NCBI GenBank assembly: GCA_951406725.2
Contig: OX597837.1
Location: 23,436,001-23,500,000, forward strand
Origin: Octopus vulgaris
Lineage: Eukaryota
Reading direction: 5' to 3'
DNA: 64,000 nucleotides
The position numbers and the translations under genes are program-made. Of this stretch, positions 54,911 to 64,000 are shown in pieces (positions within the stretch are counted from its first letter, which is position 1; each line of letters opens with the position of its first letter). Under the pieces are notes generated by a model. That model saw only the letters and a program-made list of their open reading frames with translations, had not been told where the DNA came from and did not search any database.

Positions 54911-56009
54911 ATATAAATTTTAAAGATTCAATAATAAAGATCTAATTTATTCATTCTTTGTCCTGTCAAGAGGAAACAGTGATTGATGTGTTTCCACTTG
55001 ATCCATGATCTCATTGGGGTGGATGTCAAGAGAGAAAATATTGACTTCAATAATGGGGAAAAAATAAATGGAAGGATAAAGTTGGTAAATATTTCGGTGT
55101 GAATGCAAATAGCTGTTTCGTGGTAGCAGGGCATGCTAGAAATAACAGTCAAATCTTTCCTTTTCTGGAAAAAGAAGCTGGTTAAGCTTGATTTTGATGG
55201 GACATTCATTGAAAGCATGCAAAATAACCTGGAAAAGAAAATAAATACCAGTAAAACAAAGCCCCCTTGGTGGGAAACTTCGAAGTCCCCACTACTCTTT
55301 CCACCTTTCTTTTCTGGAATAAAGTGGCTTGTGGTGGGTTTGGAGGTCAGATACGTTGAATGCACCTGTAAAAAAACTGGGGAAAAAATTATTCCACACC
55401 GAGGTACAAAATATTTACTGAAAGAATAAAATCTTGCACTAATTATACCTGTATTTTAATTCATTCAAATTAATGTACCTCATATTGAAAAGGGGCAAAA
55501 TTTTTGTCGGTTGCCACCTGGGATAATTTTAGTAACAAATTAAACAGGTAAGATGCATTAAGAATTTCAATTTTAGTGTCTATCCATAAGTTGTGCTTTT
55601 ACACCTGTTAATTCAATTTACCTGCCCATAAAAGTCAAATTTACCCAGCAAGATCAGCTAAAATTGCATAACTATAAACCAGCGGTATATAAAGCACCCA
55701 CTGACAAAATTTCAAATAATTCAAAATAACATGAACAAATGAGCATTACAATTGATAGATTAATATAAAGACTAAAGATGTTTTTAGGTGTTTTTTCTTA
55801 CACGCACACATAACACAGCCTCACTCAGTTGGGATTACACGTGTGTTACTCTGATATCATCATTCCATAAAATTTGTTTATGGAGATAAAAATATTGAAA
55901 AATATCAATAGATGTGTGAGTGAGAAAGAAATGAGGAGGGAGGTTTTGGGATGCACTAGAAACAACAGCCAGATCTCTCTTAAATCACACATTTTCCCCT
56001 GAAATTATT

Positions 56010-57420
56010 ATTTCTGGTAAGGCAACTGCAGGAGAAATACATGGCTAAAGATAAACTTCTGTACTTGGCTTTTGTTGACATGGAGAAAGCCTTTGACAGG
56101 GTCCTCCAATCCCTTACCTGGTGGTCAATGCAGAAACTGGGTATAGACAAGTGGTTGGTGAGAGCTGTACAAGCCATGTGCAGAGATACTGTCAGTAAGG
56201 TGAGGGTTGGTAACGAGTACAGTGAAGAATTCTGGGTAGAAGTAGGGGTTCACCAAAGATCAGTCCTCAGCCCCCTCTCATTCATCATAGTCCTCCAGGC
56301 AATAACAGAGGAATTTAAGACAGGCTGCTGCTAGGAGCTCCTCTATGCTGATGACCTTGTTCTTATAGCTGAATCACTACCAGAACTAGAGAAGAAGTTT
56401 CAGGTGTCGAAGCAAGGTCTTGAATTGAAGGGCTTTATAGTTAACCTAGCAGAAACCGAAGTCTTTGTAAACAGGAAAGCAAACAAATCACAATCCCTTC
56501 AGGTAGAGGGCCCTGCTCAATCTGTAGGAAATGCATAGGTGGGAATTCCATAAGATGTACCTCGTGTAAGCTATGGACACATAAGAGATGCAACAATATC
56601 AGAAGAAGGTTAACAGGGAAACTAATTTCTGTGTGTGGAAGGTATACTGAAAATAGACTCCATCAAAGACCAGTGGGGAAAACTTGAAATAGTTGATAGC
56701 TTCCATTACCTAGGTGACCAAGCCAGTAGGGGGGTGGTGAACACTCCAAGAGTGTAGCCGCTAGAATAAGAATAGATCAAGCAAAGCTCAGAGAGCTCTT
56801 ATCTCTGTTGGTAACAAAGGGCCTCTCCCTTGGAGTGAAAGGTAGATTGCATGATGCCTGTGTGCAAACAGCTATACTACACGGCAGTGGAACATGGGCT
56901 GTGACTGCCTAGGACTGCATAAGCTTGAAAGAAATTGAGCTAGTATGCTTTGCTGGATGTACAATGTCAGTGCACATGAATGACAGAGTGTAAGTATCCT
57001 GAAAGAAGAGATGGGCACAAGAGGCATCGAATGTGATGTGCAAGAGAGACAACTGCATTGGTATGGTCATGTGATGCATATGGACATGGACAGCTGTGTG
57101 AAGAAGTGCTGGTCTCTGCCAGTGGAAGGAAGCTGTGGAAGAGGTAGACCCAGGAAGACATGGGACGAGGTGGTGAAGCATGATCTTCAAATGTTGGGTC
57201 GCATGGAGGCAGTGGCAAATAGGCAATATGCTATGCTTGAGAAGAAGACCCATCAAGTCAAGTGAAAACATAGTCATGATAGATATCAGTGTCACCCAAC
57301 TGGCAACCATGCTGGTGGCACGTAAGTCACCCATTACACTCTCAGAGTGGTTGGCATTATGGAGGGCATCAAGCCATAGAAATCAGATGGGAGTCTGGTG
57401 CAGCTCTTCAACTTACCAGC
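56010..57420 (+). mobile_element. Degenerate copy of the same RTE LINE (RT fragment to 3' tail)
   Basis: ORFs 56041-56334 (LAFVDMEKAFDRV...GVHQRSVLSP) and 57011-57265 (LHWYGHV...RGRPRKTW). Many stops and frameshifts; a single 3' UTR unit at ~57310. Confidence 0.88.
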
Positions 57421-57444
57421 TGATGGTATATATACATATACCAT

Positions 57445-57678
57445 AAGGTGGCATGCTGGCAGAAACGTTAGTACGCCGGGCAAAATGCTTAGCGGTATTT
57501 CGTCTGCCATTATGTTGTGAGTTCAAATTCTTCCGAGGTCGACTTTGCCTTTCATCCTTTCGGGGTCGATAAATTAAGTACCAGTTACGCACTGGGGTCG
57601 ATGTAATCGACTTAATACCTATGTCTGTCCTTGTTTGTCGCCTCTGTGTTTAGCCCCTTGTGGGTAATAAAGAAATAG
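57445..57678 (+). mobile_element. SINE family M
   Basis: Full head, B-box-like gagttcaaatt, core and aataaagaaat tail. Confidence 0.85.
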
Positions 57679-57680
57679 GT

Positions 57681-57711
<31 letters not shown>

Positions 57712-57846
57712 TGAGTTTATGTCCGGTCATAGAGTGACAAATGGTTTTGCATCCGGAAAGGGCTTAGCCCCATCGACATCACATCAGACACTAAAGTCAG
57801 AGACGAGCATTAGAATGTGTTTCTTTTCCAGATATATGATACAATG

Positions 57847-57888
<42 letters not shown>

Positions 57889-57967
57889 TGCACAAACACA
57901 CACACACACGCACACACACACACACATAAACACACACACACACACATATATATACATACATAAATAC

Positions 57968-59903
57968 ATAGCCAGAGGGGAAGCAGATAAGAAAAAATTT
58001 GCCAATGTTCTGCGCCGTGAGGACCAAAGACTGGAGGTATTTCGCGTTGCAAGACAGTGTGTGAGAGAGAATTGTGATGTGGTGGGAGAGAAGTGTGTTC
58101 GCATGGAAGATGGTTCACTTGCGCTAAACGAGGATGCAAAGAGAGAGGCTTGGAGATGCCACTATGAAAGGTTGCTGAATAAAGAAAATGAATGGGATAA
58201 AGAGAGTCTGCCGAACGTTGACCCAACAGAGGGACCAGCTATCAGGGTTGATAGTTCCTTAGTAGCTAAGGCAATTAGAAGCATGAAGACAGGGAAAGCC
58301 CCAGGCCCATCAGGTATCACTGCAGAGATGCTCAAAATATCTGGTAGTGTCGGCTATAGCCTAGTCACCTGTATAGTTAATCAGGTGATACTTGAAGGAG
58401 TCATACCCAATGACTGGTGTAGCAGCATAATAGTCAACTGCTACAAAGGTAAAGGTGATGCCCTAGATACAAATAATTACAGAGGTATCAAGCTGTTGGA
58501 TCAGGTGATGAAGGTTACAGAGAGGGTCATAAGCCAACTAATTAGAGAGAGAGTTAGTTTAGATGAGATGCAGTTTGGTTTCGTGCCAGGGAAAAGTACC
58601 ACTGATGCTATATTCCTGGTAAGGCAGCTGCAGGAGAAATACCTAGCCAAAGATAAGGCCCTGTACCTGGCTTTTGTTGACATGGAGAAAGCCTTCGACA
58701 GGGTCCCCCGATCCCTCATATGGTGGTCAATGAGGAAACTAGGAATAGAAGAATGGTTAGTGAGAGCTGTGCAAGCCATGTACAGGGACGCTGCTAGTAA
58801 GGTGAGGGTTGGAAATGAGTACAGTGAAGAATTCCGGGTAGAGGTAGGGGTCCACCAAGGCTCAGTCCTCAGCCCCCTCCTATTTATCATAGTCCTCCAG
58901 GCAATAACGGAGGAATTCAAGACAGGATGCCCCTGGGAGCTCCTCTATGCTGATGACCTTGCTCTAATTGCTGAGTCATTATCAGAACTGGAGAAGAAGT
59001 TTCAGGTGTGGAAGCATGGTTTAGAATCGAAGGGCCTTAGAGTCAACCTAGCTAAAACCAAAGTCGTAATAAGTAGGAAGGTAGACAAATCACAAACGCC
59101 TTCAGGTAGATGGCCCTGCTCGATCTGTAGAAAAGGTGTAGGTAGAAACTCTATAAGATGCACCAAGTGTAAGCTATGGACACATAAGAGGTGCAGCAAT
59201 GTCATAGGAAGGCTAACTAGGAAGATGGTTTTTGTATGTGGCAGATGCTCGGGAGCATTAACCTCTGAAAATCTGCAGAAAACAACTTCCGTCACTTTCC
59301 AGGGGGAAAAACTAGAAAGTAGTTGATAGCTTCCGTTATCTTGGTGACCAAGTCAGTAGTGGGGGTGGGTGTGCTGAAAGTGTAACGGCTAGAGTAAGAA
59401 TAGCCTGGGCAAAGTTTAGGGAGCTCTTACCTCTGTTGGTGACTAAAGGCCTCTCGCTCAGAGTAAAAGGCAGACTGTATGATGCATGTGTACGAACAGC
59501 CATGCTACATGGCAGTGAAACATGGGCCGTGACTGCTGAGGACATGCGTAAGCTCGCGAGAAATGAAGCTAGTATGCTCCGTTGGATGTGTAATGTCAGT
59601 GTTCATAGTCGACAGAGTGTAAGTACCTTGAGAGAAAAGTTGGACCTAAGAGGAATCAGATGTTGTGTGCAAGAGAGACGATTGCGCTGGTATGGTCATG
59701 TGGTGAGAATGGATGAAGATAGGTGTGTGAAAAAGTGCCACACCCTGGCAGTTGAGGGGACCTGTGGAAGAGGTAGACCCAGGAAAACCTGGGTCGAGGT
59801 GGTGAAGCACGACCTTCGAACTCTAGGTCTCACCAAGGAAATGACCAGAGACCGAGACCTATGGAAGTATGCTGTGCGTGAGAAGACCCGGCAAGACCAG
59901 TGA
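57968..59903 (+). pseudogene. Frameshifted, 5'-truncated LINE ORF2 (RT + PHD); endonuclease domain absent
   Basis: Homology starts abruptly after a (TA)/(CA) microsatellite at ~57968 (IARGEADKKKF...). The N-terminus of the 535-aa ORF is simple repeat. Single +1 frameshift near 59317. Confidence 0.88.
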
Positions 59904-59950
59904 GAACAATCAAAATCAAATCATATATCAGAAAGCAGGGGTTAAGTGAC

Positions 59951-60808
59951 CCATCTGTTCGTGTCCGCTGTCAGCCTCGTCTGGCACCCGTGCCGGTGAT
60001 ACGTAAAAGCACCATTCGCTCATGGCCGTTTGCCAGCTCTGCCTGGCCCCGTGTCGGTGGCACGTAAAAGCACCATCCGTTCGTGTTCGTTTCCAGCCTC
60101 GCCTGGCCCCGTGCCGGTGACACGTAAAAGCACCGTCCGTTCGTGGCCATTGGCCAGCTCTGTCTGGCCCCGTGTCGGTGGCACGTAAAAGCACCATCCG
60201 TTCGTGGCCGTTTGCCAGCTCTGTCTGGCCCCGTGTCGGTGGCACGTAAAAGCACCATCCGTCCGTGTCCGTTGCCAGCCTCAGCTGGCCCCCGTGCCGG
60301 TGACACGTAAAAGCACCGTCCGCTCGTGGCCGTTTGCCAGCTCTGTCTGGCAACCGTGTCGGTGGCACGTAAAAGCACCATCCGTTCGCGTCCGTTGCCA
60401 GCCTCGGCTGGCCCCCGTGCCGGTGACACGTAAAAGCACCATCCGTTCGTGGCCGTTTGCCAGCTCTGTCTGGCCCCGTGTCGGTGGCACGTAAAAGCAC
60501 CATCCGTCCATGTCCGTTGCCAGCCTTGGCTGGCCCCCGTGCCGGTGACACGTAAAAGCACCGTCTGCTCATGGCCGTTTGCCAGCTCTGTCTGGCAACC
60601 GTGTCGGTGGCACGTAAAAGCACCACCCGTTCGCGTCCGTTGCCAGCCTCGGCTGGCCCCCGTGCCGGTGACACGTAAAAGCACCGTCCGTTCGTGGCCG
60701 GTTGCCAGCTCTGTCTGGCCCGTGTCGGTGGCACGTAAAAGCACCATCCGTTCGTGGCCGTTCGCCAGCTCTGTCTGGCACCTGTGCAGGTGGCACGTAA
60801 AAACACCC
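59951..60808 (+). repeat. Tandem array of 14 ~61-bp units in the LINE 3' UTR
   Basis: acgtaaaa recurs at 60001, 60062, 60122, 60183, 60244, 60305, 60367, 60428, 60489, 60550, 60612, 60673, 60733 and 60795 (spacing 60-62). Each unit has gccag-N6-ctggc and gtgyc-ggt-grcac stems. Confidence 0.95.
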
Positions 60809-61477
60809 ACTACACTCGCGGAGTGGTTGGCATTAGGAAGGGCATCCAGCCGTAGAAACACTGCCAGATCTGACTGGGCCTGACGAAGCCTTCCAGCTTC
60901 ACAGACCCCAGTTGACCCGTCCAACCCATGCTAGCATGGAAAACGGACGCTAAACGATGATGATGATGATGATGATGATGATCTAAAGAAACGTAATCTG
61001 TTGGAACACACAGCAATGCATTGAAATATTTTAAAATTGCATCCAAGGATTATTATTGTTATTACTAAAGACACACACACACATATATATACACATCAGA
61101 AACATGTCATGCAAAAATATTCAGAGTTGATAGTAGACATTAATAAAGTAGATTGTCAACAACTCTTACCATTCATCACAAGGCAATATGTAAACATATT
61201 TTATTAACCATGAAGATATCTATAAATAATAATTACACCTATATTGACATCTATATATATACATATATATATACACACACATATATATATACATATACAT
61301 ATATATGTATATATATATACATATATATACATATACATACATATATATATATATATCCATTTATCTATCAATTTTTCGATCGATCTCTATTTATCTATAT
61401 CAATATATTCATATGTAGTAAATGTACATATATATACATATGTATATATATATATACATACATATATAAATAAATAA

Positions 61478-61530
<53 letters not shown>

Positions 61531-62094
61531 TTTATATATATATGCATACATACACACATATATATTATGTGTTTATGTACACTTTTAAATGTATAAAATA
61601 TATTTTTCAATTAGACAGTTTTGTAGTTTTATACATATTTATATATACTTGCATGTCAAAAAAGGAAAAATTGAAAATATCTCGTAAAATTATTTCAGTC
61701 ATTAGAGGCAAACAGATAACCGAAGTTAATGACATAATGACATTTATAGTCGCAGTTTGATATCTGCCACCATTTTAAATATATTTTATGTATTATAGGA
61801 GCTGAACACAGAATGCATGATATTGAGAGCTGTACATGTCATTCGATATATTGAAGTTGAAAGTTATCAGATATTCTGCATATCTGATATCAAAATAGTT
61901 GCATTTTGCTGAATTATGCATTAAATTCCATAAATTAAATTATCATTTTTATAAGGAATTGGAAATCATTTGCATTTCTTTTTGTTTTTTTTTTAATATT
62001 TTGGTAATTAATATTTATAGTTTTTGTCTGGGTAGGCACTTTTAACCTTGTCGTAAATTTGGCAGAGCAATGACACACGCACACACACACACAC

Positions 62095-62125
<31 letters not shown>

Positions 62126-63004
62126 CAGATGCATGCACATGCACACACACACACACAGATGCATGCACATGCACACATACATGCACACACACATGCACAC
62201 ATGCACACATACACACACTCACTGAAGCATAAAGCATATCTGTGCATGTGTGTGTGTGTATTCGTGCTTGCATATGTATAACCATTTCCTCCTCTTCCTC
62301 CTCCTCTTCCTCCTCCTCCTCCTCCTCCTCCTCCTTCTCATCATCATCATCCTCTTTATCATCATTGTCATCATCATCATCATCATAATCATCATCATCG
62401 TTGTTGTTTTAACACCCACTCTCTCCATACTTGGTTGGGTTAGACGAAATTTTGTCGAGGCAGATTTATCTACAGCCAAATGCCCTTCCTGTCAACAACC
62501 CTCACACATTTCCAAAAAAAAAGTTGATATTTCCCCATGACCAGATCTGTTTTCACAAAAAGAACAAAAACAAAAGACGCCAGTTGCATGATGGCAACAT
62601 ACATTTACAACCATCATATAAAATCAAGACAAGCAAGCCTTCATTTGTTTCTTTTTTAGTTTCCAGACAATGTGTGTAGGACTATCAGTCCTAATGTGTT
62701 ATTTGAAGGTCAGTCATTTGGGTTTTTAGCTCAAGAGTTGGCCCGTTCAAGCAAACCTATAATTAAAGATAGTTCTGCCATAACTATCACACACTGGATT
62801 GGATTGCCTATGTTCAGTCCACTGTAGAATGAAGGACTCAGCATGTTCTCTCCACCAACCATGGTCTGATTTGGAGGCTGTGAGTTTGAGCTTTAGATCA
62901 TACTGGTTTGAAGAGCCTTCTCTGTTACACTGGCTTACCGTGGCTTGGCAGAGGGCTGCAGTTTTTATGCTCTTGTGTTTGTTTTCCAGATATATGATAC
63001 ATTG

Positions 63005-63049
<45 letters not shown>

Positions 63050-63252
63050 TCTTTAGTCTTTAATCTTTTACTTGTTTCAGTCCATGCTGGAGCACCGCCT
63101 TTAGTCGAGCAGATCGACCCTGGGACTTATTCTTTGTAAGCCCAGTACTTATTCTATCGGTCTCTTTTGCCAAACCGCTAAGTGACGGGGAAGTAAACAC
63201 ACCAGCATCGGTTGTCAAGCAATGCTAGGGGGACAAACACAGACACACAAAG

Positions 63253-63283
<31 letters not shown>

Positions 63284-63440
63284 CATATATACGACAGGCT
63301 TCTTTCAGTTTCCGTCTACCAAATCCACTAACAAGGCATTGGTCGGCCCGGGGCTATAGCAGAAGACACTTGCCCAAGATGCCACGCAGTGGGACTGAAC
63401 CCGGCAAGCTACTTACCACACAGCCACTCCTGCACCTATA
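63050..63440 (-). mobile_element. SINE family O
   Basis: Near-identical to 10842-11264. Confidence 0.85.
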
Positions 63441-64000
63441 TATATATAAATTATATAATAAGGGTAGAAATTGTTTAATTTTAAATTATTTAATTTTCAA
63501 TAAAAAATATTCTCTAGCCAGTAAATTGGCTGCTGTAATTTATTAACTGCAGAGTAATTTCCAACCTCAGCGCACCAAAGTGAAGGCATTTGAAAGATAC
63601 ACTTAAATATAATTTGTAGAACTTTATACATACTCGATTTCAGTTGAGCGTTCTGTATGTAATTCTGGAAATTATGTTTTGTAAACAACAGACTATGCTG
63701 ATGATCTTGCAGATATTTACGTGTTCATATACATAAATTTGATAACAACCTGGCACTCCGTCGGTTTTGACATCAAGGGAAGAGCTTGCTCACAAAATTA
63801 ACGTGCATATGGCAGAGCACTCCACAGACACATGTACCCTTAATGTAGTTCTCAGAGAGAGTCAGAGATTCAACATGATACAGCATGTGACAAGGCTGGC
63901 GCTTTGAAATACAGGTCCACCTCTTTTTTGCCAGCTGAGTTGACTGGAGCAATGTGAAATAAAGTGACTTACTCAAGGACACAACACATCACCAGGAATC

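Larger units (their letters stand above)
57968..60980 (+). mobile_element. RTE-clade LINE, 5'-truncated, well-preserved copy: RT with inserted PHD finger, C-terminal region, 3' UTR tandem array, (GAT)n tail
   Basis: ORFs 57719-59326 and 59436-59903 carry RT motifs KAPGPSGI, YRGIKLL, QFGF, AFVDMEKAFD, GVHQGSVLSP, LLYADD (58946-58957), F-YLG, and the RTE-type LRWYGHV...RGRPRKTW. One extra A at ~59317 (ctagaaagtagt vs ctagaagtagt in sister copies) splits the frame. The element ends ...catgctagcatggaaaacggacgctaaac(gat)n. Confidence 0.93.

Noticed and set aside
59951-60808. CRISPR array
   Set aside because: Eukaryotic LINE context, no cas genes, and the variable parts are homologous to each other rather than unique spacers.
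59928-60924. 292-aa and 317-aa minus-strand ORFs
   Set aside because: Products of the stop-poor tandem array; the same peptides cycle through all frames.

Overview
Eukaryotic, AT-rich, very microsatellite-dense non-coding DNA. The repeat families look like those of an octopus (coleoid cephalopod) genome; this is inferred from SINE/LINE content and is not proven. No intact host protein-coding gene is supported, and most ORFs in the track are translated simple repeats. Content: (1) many 5'-truncated copies of one RTE-clade LINE family. Its reverse transcriptase carries an in-frame C4HC3 PHD finger, and its 3' UTR holds a copy-number-variable array of ~61-bp double-hairpin units (14 units in the best-preserved copy, 57968-60980). 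(2) Several Penelope-like element (PLE) remnants (RT and GIY-YIG) and about ten hammerhead ribozyme motifs read directly from sequence. Several sit in inverted-repeat cassettes, one has a compensatory G3:C8 core swap, and one family has U at core position 6. (3) At least four tRNA-derived SINE families with shuffled modules. (4) Mariner, Helitron and R4/Dong-like remnants. All coordinates were read by eye; element ends may be off by about 10-20 nt.
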